Origin: Planctomycetota bacterium
Lineage (GTDB): Bacteria; Planctomycetota; UBA8108; UBA1146
NCBI GenBank assembly: GCA_036338595.1
Contig: JAYZBV010000065.1
Coordinates: forward strand, 1 to 64,000
Direction: 5' to 3'
DNA: 64,000 nt
Shown here: positions 49,336 to 60,662 of the stretch, piece by piece
How the letters are laid out: every line of letters starts with the position of its first letter
Position numbering within the stretch: position 1 is the stretch's first letter
Translations under genes and position numbers: made by a program
Notes under the pieces: generated by a model
What the model was told of the DNA's origin: nothing
The model's database searches: none
The model's input: only the letters and a program-made list of their open reading frames with translations

Positions 49336-50958
49336 TTGAGCAGCGAGGATCATCGACCTTCACGATGGATCGAGCAGTGCTGGGAGCCATTCGTCTCCGA
49401 GCACCCGGAGCGCATCGATTCCTTCCACAGTGCCAGCGGAATCCCGATCGACCCGCTCTATTGCCGAGACAGCAGCGAGGCAGGTCCGGGGGAGTTCCCC
49501 TTCACTCGAGGAATCCACCCGAGCATGTACCGTGGTCGAATCTGGACGATGCGACAGTATGCCGGTTATTCGTCGCCAGCCGAAACCAACCAACGCTTCC
49601 GATTCCTGCTCGAGCAGGGGCAGACAGGACTCTCGGTCGCCTTCGACCTTCCTACTCAGATCGGGTACGACTCGGATGATCCGCAATCGCTGGGTGAAGT
49701 GGGACGGGTCGGTGTTCCGATCAGTACCGTGGATGATCTCGATGAATTGCTCGAGGGGATTCCGCTCGATTCTGTAAGTATCTCGATGACGATCAACTCG
49801 ACGGCGCCATTACTGCTGGCGATGTTACTCGCTGTCGCAAAAAGACACGGAGTCTCTCCCGCCCAGATCCGAGGTACTCTTCAAAACGACATCCTCAAGG
49901 AATACAGCGCCAGAGGGACCCAGCGGTTTCCCGTCGAAGCTTCGATGAGACTGGTGGTCGATGTGATCGAGCACTGTTCGGGTGAGGTCCCTGCCTTCTA
50001 CCCCATCAGTATCAGCGGATATCACATCCGGGAGGCTGGTTCGACTGCAACTCAGGAGATCGCCTTCACGCTCGCCAACGGCATCGCCTATCTCGAAGCG
50101 TGCCGCGATCGTGGCCTGGACCTGGTGGCTGTGGGAAGAAGGCTGTCCTTCTTCTTCAATGCTCATAATCAATTCTTCGAGGAGATCGCAAAGTTCAGAG
50201 CTGCCCGCAGAATCTGGGCACGGATCTGTCGAGATCGATTTGGCATCGAGGATGACCGAGCTTGCCAGCTGAGATTTCATACCCAAACCGGTGGTTCCAC
50301 ACTGCAAGCAGTCGAACCCGCCAACAACATCGTGAGGGTTACACTCCAGGCTCTCTCTGCCGTACTCGGTGGCACACAATCTTTACATACCAATGGCTGG
50401 GACGAGGCGTTATCTCTGCCCTCGGAAGAGGCTGCCCGACTGGCACTGAGAACCCAGCAGGTCATCGCCAGCGAATCAGGCGTGACCGACACTGCCGATC
50501 CGCTCGGTGGATCACCCTTCATCGAGGAGTTGACCGATCAGATGGATCGAGCGGCGTCCGACATCATCCAGGAAATAGATGAGCGCGGTGGCATGCTCCG
50601 CTCGATAGAAGATGGCTTCGTTCGAAAGGCCATCGAACAGAGCGCCTATGAAGCACAGGTGGCTCGTGATTCGGGAGAGACGCTTCCGGTCGGCTCGGAA
50701 GAGGGTGGGGAAATTCCAGATGCCCCCTTCCATGTGGATCCTGTGGTCGAGCAGCAACGCATCGAGCGGCTAGTTCAATTCAGGGCAAATCGAGACCCCC
50801 GTTCGGTGGAATCTGCAATGACTCAACTCGAGGAAGACGCCCAGGGATCCGTGAACCTGATGCCGTCATTGATCCGCGCCATGGAATCTGGATGCACACT
50901 CGGTGAGGTATCGAGCACTCTGGCGAGCGTGTTCGGGGAGTATCAAGATCATGGGTAG
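49336..50958 (+). CDS. Methylmalonyl-CoA mutase, substrate-binding subunit
   Basis: PFTRG...[55 protein letters not shown]. Confidence 0.94.
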   Translation: MSSEDHRPSRWIEQCWEPFVSEHPERIDSFHSASGIPIDPLYCRDSSEAGPGEFPFTRGIHPSMYRGRIWTMRQYAGYSSPAETNQRFRFLLEQGQTGLSVAFDLPTQIGYDSDDPQSLGEVGRVGVPISTVDDLDELLEGIPLDSVSISMTINSTAPLLLAMLLAVAKRHGVSPAQIRGTLQNDILKEYSARGTQRFPVEASMRLVVDVIEHCSGEVPAFYPISISGYHIREAGSTATQEIAFTLANGIAYLEACRDRGLDLVAVGRRLSFFFNAHNQFFEEIAKFRAARRIWARICRDRFGIEDDRACQLRFHTQTGGSTLQAVEPANNIVRVTLQALSAVLGGTQSLHTNGWDEALSLPSEEAARLALRTQQVIASESGVTDTADPLGGSPFIEELTDQMDRAASDIIQEIDERGGMLRSIEDGFVRKAIEQSAYEAQVARDSGETLPVGSEEGGEIPDAPFHVDPVVEQQRIERLVQFRANRDPRSVESAMTQLEEDAQGSVNLMPSLIRAMESGCTLGEVSSTLASVFGEYQDHG

Positions 50959-51379
50959 AAGCGGACCGATCAGGGTGTTACTGGCAAAGCCTGGACTCGA
51001 TGGCCATGATCGGGGAATCCGCCTCGTTCTTCGCGCCCTGCGAGATGCCGGTATGGAGGTGATCTATACCGGCCTGCGATCCACACCGGAGCAGATCGTC
51101 CGAGCTGCCGTCGAGGAGGATGTCGAGGCGATCGGGCTCTCCAGTCTCTCGGGTGCCCATCAGACACACTTCATCGAGGTCTCCAGACTGCTGGAGTCAG
51201 AGGGGGCTTCGGATGTGTTGTTGTTCGGGGGCGGTATCATTCCCAGGCAAGATGTGGAAAGCCTGGGTGCTGCTGGATTCGAGTGGATCTATCCACCGGG
51301 AACCACGCTGGATCAAATCGTCTCCGATCTCAGAGCCGAACTCCGGCCCGGATCGGTGACCGGGGAGAGCACCTCATGA
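50951..51379 (+). CDS. Methylmalonyl-CoA mutase, cobalamin-binding subunit
   Basis: [10 protein letters not shown] (DxHxxG), SSLSGAH, GGGIIP. Confidence 0.94.
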   Translation: MGRSGPIRVLLAKPGLDGHDRGIRLVLRALRDAGMEVIYTGLRSTPEQIVRAAVEEDVEAIGLSSLSGAHQTHFIEVSRLLESEGASDVLLFGGGIIPRQDVESLGAAGFEWIYPPGTTLDQIVSDLRAELRPGSVTGESTS

Positions 51380-51822
51380 GTTCGCTCCAGCTGGACCACA
51401 TTGGCATTGCCGTCCGTTCCATCGATGCAGCGCTACCTCTCTGGAGAGATGCCCTGCACGCCACGATAGGATCTCGAGAGACGATCCCATCGGAACTGGT
51501 CGAAGTGCAATTCCTGAAGACCGGAGCGACCACCACGGAACTTGTCGAGCCTACCTGTGATGAATCACCTGTTCATCGATTTATCGAAAAGCGGGGCGAG
51601 GGACTTCATCATGTCGCATACAGGGTCGAAAATCTCGGTGAAACGATGGGCAGACTCTCTGCTGCAGGATCGACCCTGATCTACCCCCAACCGAGGCGGG
51701 GCAGTCACGAGACGCTGATCAACTTCATCCATCCCTCCTCCACCGGTGGGATTCTGATCGAACTGGTGGAGTATCCGCAGGTGGGCTCCGGAAAATCCGC
51801 TGAAGAGGAGATCGACAGTTGA
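51376..51822 (+). CDS. mce: Methylmalonyl-CoA epimerase
   Basis: [36 protein letters not shown]. Confidence 0.93.
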   Translation: MSSLQLDHIGIAVRSIDAALPLWRDALHATIGSRETIPSELVEVQFLKTGATTTELVEPTCDESPVHRFIEKRGEGLHHVAYRVENLGETMGRLSAAGSTLIYPQPRRGSHETLINFIHPSSTGGILIELVEYPQVGSGKSAEEEIDS

Positions 51823-53366
51823 AGGAAAAAAATCGAACCGAAGCGAGGAAGCGCCTCGAGGCAGCGATCCTCGGTGGTGGTGAAGCTCGTATCGAGCGTC
51901 AGCACGGAGCCGGAAAACTGACAGCGAGGGAGCGCGTCGCAGTGCTTCTCGACGAGGGTACATTCCAGGAGTTGGATGCTTTCGTGACCCATCGCTGCAA
52001 CGACTTCGGCATGGAAAAGCGGCGAGTGCCAGGAGATGGCGTCGTCACCGGCTGGGGAGAGATCGATGGACGTCGGGTGTTTCTCTACAGCCAGGACTTC
52101 ACTGTCGAGGGAGGAAGTCTCTCGGCAACAAATGCAGCGAAAATCTGCAAGGTGATGGATATGGCTCTCAAGGCAGGCACTCCGCTGCTTGGCCTCAATG
52201 ACTCCGGTGGAGCACGAATTCAGGAGGGGGTTGCAAGCCTCGGCGGCTACGCCGACATCTTTCTGCGCAACACCCTGGCATCCGGAGTGATCCCTCAGTT
52301 GAGTGCCATCCTCGGCCCCTGCGCCGGGGGAGCAGTCTACTCACCTGCATTGACCGATTTCATCTTCATGGCCGAGGGCACCAGTTACATGTTCGTGACC
52401 GGACCCAGTGTCGTCAAAACAGTCACTCATGAGGAAGTGACCCAGGAAGAACTGGGCGGCGCCTCGACGCATGCTACCCGCAGCGGGGTCTCTCATTTTC
52501 GCTGTCAGGATGACCGTCATTGCCTGGACGAGATGCGGAGACTGCTCTCCTACCTGCCTTCGAATAATCTCGAGAGTCCACCGGAGCAACCCTGTAGCGA
52601 CCCCATCGACCGAGCCGATGCCGAACTGGCGACGATCGTCCCGGAGAGTCGGGAAAAACCCTATGACATGCATGAAGTGCTGCGCCGAGTGGCCGATCAG
52701 GATTCCCTGATGGAGGTACAGCCTGACTTCGCTCGAAACATGATCACGGCGTTTGCCCGATTCGATGGAAAACCGGTCGGAATCGTCGCAAATCAACCCT
52801 CGGTTCTGGCGGGTTGTCTCGATATCCATGCCAGCGTGAAGGCGGCCCGATTCGTCAGGTTTCTCGACTGCTTCAACATTCCGATCATCAGTTTTGTGGA
52901 TGTCCCCGGATTCTTGCCTGGCACTGACCAGGAGTGGAATGGAATCATCTCTCACGGGGCCAAGTTGTTGTACGCCTACTGCGAGGCGACCGTGCCAAAA
53001 CTGACAGTGATCACACGAAAAGCGTATGGTGGCGCCTACGATGTCATGTCATCGAAGCACATCCGTGGAGACCTGAACCTCGCCTGGCCATCCGCCGAGA
53101 TTGCAGTGATGGGTGCTCCAGGAGCGGTCGAAATCCTATTCAGGAAGGAACTCGCGGATTCGGACAATCCAGAAGAAGTGGCCGCTGCCCACACCAGTGA
53201 GTACGAGGAGCTGTTCGCCAATCCATTCACTGCTGCAGAAAGAGGGTACATCGATGCCGTCATCGAAGAACCGGAAACCAGGCGACGCCTGATAGAAGGA
53301 CTTCGCCTGTTGGCCGGCAAGAGAGACCAGAACCCTCAGAAGAAACACGGGAACATCCCTCTATGA
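51819..53366 (+). CDS. pccB: Propionyl-CoA carboxylase carboxyltransferase subunit
   Basis: [62 protein letters not shown]. Confidence 0.95.
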   Translation: MKEKNRTEARKRLEAAILGGGEARIERQHGAGKLTARERVAVLLDEGTFQELDAFVTHRCNDFGMEKRRVPGDGVVTGWGEIDGRRVFLYSQDFTVEGGSLSATNAAKICKVMDMALKAGTPLLGLNDSGGARIQEGVASLGGYADIFLRNTLASGVIPQLSAILGPCAGGAVYSPALTDFIFMAEGTSYMFVTGPSVVKTVTHEEVTQEELGGASTHATRSGVSHFRCQDDRHCLDEMRRLLSYLPSNNLESPPEQPCSDPIDRADAELATIVPESREKPYDMHEVLRRVADQDSLMEVQPDFARNMITAFARFDGKPVGIVANQPSVLAGCLDIHASVKAARFVRFLDCFNIPIISFVDVPGFLPGTDQEWNGIISHGAKLLYAYCEATVPKLTVITRKAYGGAYDVMSSKHIRGDLNLAWPSAEIAVMGAPGAVEILFRKELADSDNPEEVAAAHTSEYEELFANPFTAAERGYIDAVIEEPETRRRLIEGLRLLAGKRDQNPQKKHGNIPL

Positions 53367-54889
53367 GTCGTAAGAAATCGAGAAAAATCTGCAAGGTGTT
53401 GGTCGCCAATCGTGGAGAGATTGCCATCCGGGTCTTCCAGTGCTGCCGTGAGCGCCAGATAGAAACGGTGGCGGTCCATTCGGAGGCAGACGCCACGGCA
53501 CCGCATCGATTCGCCGCCGATGAATCGATTCTGATCGGTCCAGCTGCCCCTTCTGAATCGTATCTGCGCATCGATGCGATTCTTGAAGCAGCCCGGAAAT
53601 CGGGAGCAGATGCAATTCACCCCGGTTACGGATTCCTGTCGGAAAATGCAGAATTCGCCAGGGCTGTCGAGGCAGCAGGCATCATCTTCATCGGCCCCAC
53701 TCCCGACCAGATTGCCTCGATGGGAGACAAGGTACAGGCCCGCAAATTGATGGCGGCGGCATCGGTACCGGTGATCCCCGGAACCGATGGGCCCATCGAT
53801 GATGAGAAGAGCCTCGAGAAAGAAGCTCAACGCATCGGCTTCCCGCTGCTGATCAAGGCAGCCGGTGGCGGCGGTGGCAAGGGGATCAGAAGAGTAGATG
53901 AATCAGCAGAGTTGATCTCCGCCTGGGAGAGGACCCGATCCGAGGCGCAATCTGCTTTTGGTGACGGGCGCGTTTACCTCGAGAGATTTGTCAGCCCCGC
54001 ACGCCACATCGAAGTTCAGGTGGTCGGAGATGGCAAGGGAGCGGTCTGGTTCCTCGGTGAACGAGAGTGTTCTCTTCAGAGAAATCACCAGAAGGTGCTG
54101 GAGGAGAGCCCTTCCCCGGTGATCGATGAAGAAATCAGGGCAAAATTGCGCGCTGCTGCCATCGCAGGAGCCGCATCGATCCAGTACCGCGGCGCAGGCA
54201 CGATGGAGTTCCTCTTCGACCAGCATAGTCGCGAGTTCTTCTTTCTCGAGATGAACACCAGGCTCCAGGTGGAGCACCCTGTCACGGAGATGGTCACGGG
54301 AATTGATCTTGTCGGATTGCAACTCGATGTGGCCAGTGGAATGACACTGGAGCATGACCCGGATCTGCCTCGACGCGGCTGGTCTATCGAATTCCGTATC
54401 TGTGCCGAAGATCCTTACCGCAACTTTCTTCCTTCCACCGGTCAGATTCGTGCGCTCAGAATCCCCCACGCCCCCTTCTCACGCATCGACGGCGCTCTCA
54501 GGGAAGGGCTGGAGATCACCCCCTATTACGATCCGATGCTGGCCAAGGCGATCGTCTGGGGAGAGAACCGCAAGGCTGCTGTCGACCGTCTCACAGCGCT
54601 GCTCTCACGCCTGCGAATCGGCGGTATTCACACCACGGTTCCACTCGGAATACAGATCTGCAATCAGGGCTGGTTCCTCGATGGCGACTTCGACACGGGC
54701 ACACTCGAGTCGTGGCTGGCAGACCGATCTCAACGCAGTGATGTTCCCGATGACATCCAATTGATCGCCGCAGTGATTGCCCGACATGCACTGAGTTCTG
54801 CACGGTCGCACTCTTCTCCTGGCGAACCAGGAGGTGGTGCCTGGGGATTGGCTGCCAGAAAAGGTGGAGTCAGGGGGCCCCTGACATGA
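53363..54889 (+). CDS. Biotin carboxylase subunit of acyl-CoA carboxylase
   Basis: [61 protein letters not shown]. Confidence 0.96.
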   Translation: MSRKKSRKICKVLVANRGEIAIRVFQCCRERQIETVAVHSEADATAPHRFAADESILIGPAAPSESYLRIDAILEAARKSGADAIHPGYGFLSENAEFARAVEAAGIIFIGPTPDQIASMGDKVQARKLMAAASVPVIPGTDGPIDDEKSLEKEAQRIGFPLLIKAAGGGGGKGIRRVDESAELISAWERTRSEAQSAFGDGRVYLERFVSPARHIEVQVVGDGKGAVWFLGERECSLQRNHQKVLEESPSPVIDEEIRAKLRAAAIAGAASIQYRGAGTMEFLFDQHSREFFFLEMNTRLQVEHPVTEMVTGIDLVGLQLDVASGMTLEHDPDLPRRGWSIEFRICAEDPYRNFLPSTGQIRALRIPHAPFSRIDGALREGLEITPYYDPMLAKAIVWGENRKAAVDRLTALLSRLRIGGIHTTVPLGIQICNQGWFLDGDFDTGTLESWLADRSQRSDVPDDIQLIAAVIARHALSSARSHSSPGEPGGGAWGLAARKGGVRGPLT

Positions 54890-55416
54890 AGTACCGGGTG
54901 GAATGGGATGATCAAGATCGCGAAGTGATAGCCCACAGTGATCCACTCGGCAGGGAATGGCGCTTCGAGATGCCGGATGGCCGTATCATCGATGCCAGGG
55001 TAGAAACGCTCGAAGAAGGTGCAGTGCTACGATTGATCATCGGGGGTGAAAGCCGAACCCTGTCGCTGTTACCCGGTAATCGAGCAGGAGAAGCGGTTCG
55101 ATTTCTACTCGATCATACGCCGATGGAACTGGACGTGCTCGACCCGATCGATCTGATCACTCGCGAGGTTGGACCTGGACCAGGAGCCTCTGGCCGTCAG
55201 GAGATTCACAGCGTCATGCCGGGAATCATCAAGAAACTACTGGTGGCAGCGGGAACCGAGGTGGAAACGGGAGCCCCCCTGATGCTGCTGGAGGCGATGA
55301 AGATGGAGAACGAAATCCTGTCCCCGGCGGCGGGGACAATTCAGGAGATTCTGGTTGCAGAAGGAGAAGCCGTGGCAGCGGGCGCACTCTTGATGGTGAT
55401 CGAGCTTTCCAGCTGA
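54886..55416 (+). CDS. Biotin carboxyl carrier protein
   Basis: C-terminal MPG....LEAMKMENEI biotinylation motif. Confidence 0.93.
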   Translation: MKYRVEWDDQDREVIAHSDPLGREWRFEMPDGRIIDARVETLEEGAVLRLIIGGESRTLSLLPGNRAGEAVRFLLDHTPMELDVLDPIDLITREVGPGPGASGRQEIHSVMPGIIKKLLVAAGTEVETGAPLMLLEAMKMENEILSPAAGTIQEILVAEGEAVAAGALLMVIELSS

Positions 55417-55436
55417 TCGACGGCCGATGGTACTGA

Positions 55437-56315
55437 TTATCCGAACGGATCCGAATCCACAACAGGCTTCTTCTTGGGCTTTTCCTTCTTGTCGCCCTGC
55501 TTCTGGGTGGGGTCAGCTGCATCCTTCGGAACCGTGATTCCTGTACCAGCACATCCCTTGCAGGTGAGATTCTTTTCCCCCATGCAGTCTTCGCACTTCT
55601 CGGGAAACTTGCCTTTTCCCGAACATTCCTTGCACTCGCTTCGCTTCTTACCCTTGCAGATGGGACATACGATCTTGCCCTTGCCACTGCAGTCCCGGCA
55701 ACGCGTTTTCACTTTTTTTCCCTGGACTGGATCAAATCTCTCGTAAGTTCCCGCACCTCCACATCGGCGACAATCCAGCAGTGAATCCTCAACACCAGCA
55801 CAGGTGACACATTTTTTTCCTTCACCGGTACTCGCACATCGAGAACACGGAATCGAGATGGCGCCACTTCCATCGCAGACCTTGCACGGGGCCTTTCCGA
55901 CGGCGGCACAGAGTCGGCACCACTTTTCTGGATTTTCTTTTTTCCTCGCCTCGATTTCTACCGCTGGCAGTATTGCGAGTACCATCTTTTCTTGATCAAA
56001 CATCTTTTTCTCGTGACACCAGGCGAGCAGTTCCTTGTAACCCTTCAGATCGTCTGGTTTCAGAGCGTCCAGGCGCCTCGTGAACTCCTCCGTTGACAGT
56101 TCTCCCCGCGTGATCTTCTCGATCGCTTTCAGTTGCAGTGTCATCACTGCTCGAGACTTCCCGATGACCACCTCGATCTTCAGTTCCTTCGCCGATTCTG
56201 ACAGGATTTTCCCCTCGAGTGATTTTCCAGACTTGAGAAGGACCACATCTGCAGTCAACACTTCAGGCATCCAGAGCAGAAAAAGCACGCTGAAGCCGAT
56301 GATCAGGATTCGCAT
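55437..56315 (-). CDS. Exported protein with ten DnaJ-type CxxC(xGxG) repeats
   Basis: Signal peptide, DVVLLKSG..LEGKI small domain, ten CxxC motifs; TGATG overlap with the permease. Confidence 0.8.
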   Translation of the reverse strand: MRILIIGFSVLFLLWMPEVLTADVVLLKSGKSLEGKILSESAKELKIEVVIGKSRAVMTLQLKAIEKITRGELSTEEFTRRLDALKPDDLKGYKELLAWCHEKKMFDQEKMVLAILPAVEIEARKKENPEKWCRLCAAVGKAPCKVCDGSGAISIPCSRCASTGEGKKCVTCAGVEDSLLDCRRCGGAGTYERFDPVQGKKVKTRCRDCSGKGKIVCPICKGKKRSECKECSGKGKFPEKCEDCMGEKNLTCKGCAGTGITVPKDAADPTQKQGDKKEKPKKKPVVDSDPFG

Positions 56316-57859
56316 CAGTTCCCCTCCGGAATCTTCAGATAGAGTTTGTCCATTCCGGATCTCTGGATCGACCAGACCGGGATTCCGCGTCCTCGTGCGA
56401 TGAGCACACCTCCGATGATCATGAGCACTGTAAGTGCAATACTCACCAGGACGACCTCAGGCGCCGTCTCTATCCCATCTCTATAGATGAGATGCATTGG
56501 AGGCGAGAGCCACTCGATCTTGTCTGACCACAGCGAAAGTTCTCGAGCAGTGACCACAATCATGGCCAACCCCACCTGGACCCCGTTCGCAAGCACAGAA
56601 CTGATGATACCGTTGAATCCGCACTGGCCGAAGAACCATGCCATGCTCAGCACGGATACCCCCCAGCTGCACATGATGGCCAGCATCAGTTGAAAGCCGT
56701 AGATAGCGACGCTATATCCCGACTGATCGAAATTGATACCGGTCGTCACAGCGTTTGAAGATTCCAGGATCCAGCAACCGAGAGGAGCTCCGAAACAGAT
56801 CATGTACAACATCGTCGCAAACACCAGGTTACGGATACCTCCCGGGAAAAACAAAGTACCCAGCCAGTTTGTCCAGTGTCCCCGCTGGCGAATCTGCGCT
56901 ATCCGCAGCGGAACTCGCGCCTCGGATCCTGCGATGCGAGCCAGACCAAGGACAGAAAGGCCAACAAAAATGGTCATCACACGGCCCAGATCTCTGGACA
57001 TGGAATTGCGGGAACCCGACTGCAAATCTGGTCCTACCGTGATGACGATCAGACCAACCGTGACGATGAAGCAGAGCAATAACAGTATCCTGATCGGCAC
57101 ATCGCGTGCTGACTCGACCCCCGATAAGAAATGGGTGGCCCCCATGATGGAGCCCACAACACCAACGATGTAGCCGGGAATCGCCCAGGCCCAGAACTGC
57201 CAACCAAGAGGGGACGCTTCCAGATAATCCAGAAGCAATATCCCCTCGGAGTAGACCTCTGAGGAGAGGAAGGTGATGGCGGTGAGCAGAAGAGGCACGC
57301 CCAGGAGAGCCACCTGAAGAATCGATCGAATCGTGCTTCGGGTCGATGCGGAGGAGAGGATTCCGATGGAGGCGATCAATGTTGCGGCAAGAAAGTGGAT
57401 CAGGTACTCGAACAGGATCGAGGTGACAGACACCCCGCCAAATAATGTCGTCATTGACAGTAGAGGTGCGGGGAGCAACAGCAAGTAGAAGAGAATTCCA
57501 AGAATCCCGTACAGTTTCCCCCTGACGATCTGTCCGGGCCTCATTCCGGAACCGATCAACGGATCCCAGGTCTTTGCCTGCAATTCGGTGGTGATGCTGA
57601 TCGCACTCAGGAGCGGAATCACGAGGCAGATGGCACACAACTGTACGATGAAGTAGATGCCCACTAACTGCACTGCGTGCACCTCTGGCGATGTTCTTGA
57701 TCCGGCCAACTCTGAAATGGAATAGATCCACATCACACTACCCACCACGGCAGCGAACACTAACTGGATGATGAGGGAACGAATTCGGCGAATCCTCACA
57801 ATCAGTTCCTTCTGGATGATGGCGTAACTGGATCCTCCCAGCAGATTCGCTCCGATCAT
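56315..57859 (-). CDS. ABC-2-type transporter permease
   Basis: AII.KEL..R.R, AISIT.E...KTW..L..S.M.P..IV.GKL, GGVS, many TM helices. Confidence 0.85.
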   Translation of the reverse strand: MIGANLLGGSSYAIIQKELIVRIRRIRSLIIQLVFAAVVGSVMWIYSISELAGSRTSPEVHAVQLVGIYFIVQLCAICLVIPLLSAISITTELQAKTWDPLIGSGMRPGQIVRGKLYGILGILFYLLLLPAPLLSMTTLFGGVSVTSILFEYLIHFLAATLIASIGILSSASTRSTIRSILQVALLGVPLLLTAITFLSSEVYSEGILLLDYLEASPLGWQFWAWAIPGYIVGVVGSIMGATHFLSGVESARDVPIRILLLLCFIVTVGLIVITVGPDLQSGSRNSMSRDLGRVMTIFVGLSVLGLARIAGSEARVPLRIAQIRQRGHWTNWLGTLFFPGGIRNLVFATMLYMICFGAPLGCWILESSNAVTTGINFDQSGYSVAIYGFQLMLAIMCSWGVSVLSMAWFFGQCGFNGIISSVLANGVQVGLAMIVVTARELSLWSDKIEWLSPPMHLIYRDGIETAPEVVLVSIALTVLMIIGGVLIARGRGIPVWSIQRSGMDKLYLKIPEGN

Positions 57860-58806
57860 TGCACCTCTCCCGTCGTGAGGCTCATGAACAGATTTTCAAG
57901 GTCGTCTTCATGCCTGCGAACTCTCGTGAAAGCGATCTTTCGGGAGGCCAGCGCCGCCCAGACCTGATGGATCTCAGAGTCATCTTCTGACCAGTCGAAG
58001 TTGAGTTTTCTTCCCTCCAGAAGGATCCTGCTGACGCCGGGAATCTGCGACAGGATCGCTTCCACATCATCATCGGCCTTGACGAGAGTGACCTCATACT
58101 GGACATCTCCGGACCTGATCCGGTTCTGGATCTGGTCCATCGGTCCATGTGCCACCAGGTGGCCCTTCTCGACGATGCTGACGGAGTCGCAGATGGGTGA
58201 GAGTTCCGACAAGATGTGGCTGGAGAGAAAGACCGTCTTTCCGAGTCGACGCAACTCCGTGAGCAGGCTCCTGAATTCGATCCGGGCCCGAGGATCGAGA
58301 CCACTTGCCGGCTCATCCAGAATCAACAGATCCGGTTCGTGCAGCAGGGTCTGGGCGAGGCAAAGTCTTTGCTTCATTCCCTTCGAGAGGACATGAACCT
58401 CGATTTCGAGCAACTTATCCAGGTCCGTCAATTCCACAACATCGGAGATCGCTGAGCGTCGTCTTGCTGCAGGCAGTTGGTGAGCCATGGCAAAGAACTC
58501 GAGGTATTCCATCACCGACAGGCCTTCATATACGCCGACATAGTCGGGCATGTATCCCAGTCGCAGTCTCACCTCCTCTGGCTCGGTGACGACATTGGCT
58601 CCATCGATCCAGGCCCCCCCGGCTGTGGGAATCTGCAATGCAGCGAGAATCCTGATGGTCGTTGTTTTTCCTGCACCGTTTGGTCCGATGAAGCCGTGAA
58701 TGACTCCGCGAGGAATATCGAAACTGATTCCTGCCAGCGCATCCTTCTTGCCGAAGGACATCCACAGATCTCTGACCTCGATGATAGATGGGCGCGACTC
58801 AATCAT
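57856..58806 (-). CDS. ABC transporter ATP-binding protein
   Basis: GPNGAGKTT, LSKGMKQR, LILDEPASGLDP, SSH; ATGA overlaps at both ends. Confidence 0.96.
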   Translation of the reverse strand: MIESRPSIIEVRDLWMSFGKKDALAGISFDIPRGVIHGFIGPNGAGKTTTIRILAALQIPTAGGAWIDGANVVTEPEEVRLRLGYMPDYVGVYEGLSVMEYLEFFAMAHQLPAARRRSAISDVVELTDLDKLLEIEVHVLSKGMKQRLCLAQTLLHEPDLLILDEPASGLDPRARIEFRSLLTELRRLGKTVFLSSHILSELSPICDSVSIVEKGHLVAHGPMDQIQNRIRSGDVQYEVTLVKADDDVEAILSQIPGVSRILLEGRKLNFDWSEDDSEIHQVWAALASRKIAFTRVRRHEDDLENLFMSLTTGEVQ

Positions 58807-60662
58807 TTGCGCTGACCGCTTCCCCAATCCAGATTGCCATCCCAGATCGTCACCATCGTTTCGGGTTCGATTCCGAGCCGGTTTCGCTCACTCTCTTCCA
58901 GGAATGCGGAAGCAGTGGTTCGCATCATCCCGTAGGTGGCGGCTCTGAGGGCTCCTGATGCAGTCTGAAACCCTGGAAATAACTCGCCACCTAGCCATTC
59001 TCCCGGCCTTGCTTCGAACAACTTCGCTGTTGAGGACACTCCTTTGCTCATGGCAATTCTTCGCGGCTCGGTGTTCGCCTGCATGACGAGACGTTCCATC
59101 AGTGGAACCTTGATCACCTCACATCGTGCTTCATGGCTCAGCGAACGGATTCGACGATCTACTACTGAAGTGGTGGAACCGTCAGGATGCTGGAGATAAC
59201 TACAGAGATCGCGATCCGCGCCAATAGCCAAAGGGAATCTTGGCATCGAATTGGTCGCCACACTTTCGTCAGCGGTCCCTGTCGGTGAATAGTGGGATTC
59301 GATCACCATCGCAACAGCCACCCTACTGTTCGGTTCTCGAATGATCAGCACCTCCTCCAGGTTGCGAGAGGTCACACCCAGTCTCACCAGCGACAGCACG
59401 AAGACTGCAGCGATACAAGCGGCGGCAAGAACGGGTTGAAGCCACAGCAGATGGGGGAGCATACCCCTCTTCTTGAGGATGAACCCGATCGACGGCCACA
59501 ACACGAGGACATAGGCCAGTCCGATCCAGAATATCAGTTGCAACGGATCTGCACCTCGCTGCAGCAAATCGATCTTCGCCAGCACATGTTGAAATGGGTA
59601 TTTCGTTTCGATAACTGAGATCGCAGATCCCAGGTGCATCGGGTGGCGATCGGGATGGATCACTCCCTGGGCCAACTGTCCTTCAGCGAGTTCAAGTGCC
59701 AACCAGCGACCGAGTCCTTCCTCTATTTGTACGCAGGAACTCAAACCCCCGGATCCGGTGGGCTCAGAAATTCTCTCGCCGATTCCCTCGATCGGAAATA
59801 CGATCCGCTCAGCCCCCCCGCCATCCGAATGAACCCGAGGTTCGAGTTCTAACCCGCTAATCCAGCGAAGCCCACGCCCCTGACCATCCGGTCGCAAGAT
59901 GACGCAGACTCCCCCTCGAACCGCTTCTCGAATCGCATTTCGCTGCCCAGCTGAGACATCTTCGGGGTCAACGCCATCGAGTAGCACGAAGTCGAATCCG
60001 AGCAGGGCCTCTCGATTCAAGGGCAGATCGCCAGACCCGATCCAGGTGGTACTCTCCACCATGCCGGTTACGCGGGGCCAGATGAATCTTTGACTCGGGA
60101 CAACAGCCTCACCGGACAAGGTCACTTGCAGACAGCAGTATTCATTTGCAGAGCGAGTGCTCTGAGAATCGAAGGCTACACTGTCCTCTGAAATTTCCGG
60201 ATAGCCATCCATATGTAATGGTGTGCCATTTCTCCATACCTTGATCTGGCAATGATTATTGTACCAGGGCCCGCCAGATCCGAGGCAGTTGGGGAAACCT
60301 ACCAGCACCCGCTTTGCTTCTGCCCCCGCAGCGACCTCTACGGTGTGACGCCATGAGAACTTTCTTTGCTGAGAGTTGGACCGTAGCTTCGTATTTCCAG
60401 ATATCTCGATGTCGAATACACCATCATCCGTTCCGTACTGGTTATTCACCATGATCAACATCGGGTGCCAGTTATGAGTCAAATTGCCGTCATGAGCATT
60501 GACCTGTCGCTGCCTCAGACTCGAGACATCGACTGTACTCTTCTCAAGAACCAGTTGTGCCTCACATGGTTGCGGAAGGATCAGAATCCACAGGGAGATG
60601 GCAGTTGGAAGTAACCACCAGCAAAATGAAGCCCGCCCCACTTTTCCAGTGGCAGCCCTCAC
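58803..60662 (-). CDS. Hypothetical membrane-anchored protein of the ABC module (GATase-like periplasmic region)
   Basis: Signal peptide, LP....L.GFD.V.L...Q..AI...V..G segment, two TM helices (Y..VLWP); GTGA overlap with the recR stop. Confidence 0.7.
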   Translation of the reverse strand: MRAATGKVGRASFCWWLLPTAISLWILILPQPCEAQLVLEKSTVDVSSLRQRQVNAHDGNLTHNWHPMLIMVNNQYGTDDGVFDIEISGNTKLRSNSQQRKFSWRHTVEVAAGAEAKRVLVGFPNCLGSGGPWYNNHCQIKVWRNGTPLHMDGYPEISEDSVAFDSQSTRSANEYCCLQVTLSGEAVVPSQRFIWPRVTGMVESTTWIGSGDLPLNREALLGFDFVLLDGVDPEDVSAGQRNAIREAVRGGVCVILRPDGQGRGLRWISGLELEPRVHSDGGGAERIVFPIEGIGERISEPTGSGGLSSCVQIEEGLGRWLALELAEGQLAQGVIHPDRHPMHLGSAISVIETKYPFQHVLAKIDLLQRGADPLQLIFWIGLAYVLVLWPSIGFILKKRGMLPHLLWLQPVLAAACIAAVFVLSLVRLGVTSRNLEEVLIIREPNSRVAVAMVIESHYSPTGTADESVATNSMPRFPLAIGADRDLCSYLQHPDGSTTSVVDRRIRSLSHEARCEVIKVPLMERLVMQANTEPRRIAMSKGVSSTAKLFEARPGEWLGGELFPGFQTASGALRAATYGMMRTTASAFLEESERNRLGIEPETMVTIWDGNLDWGSGQRK

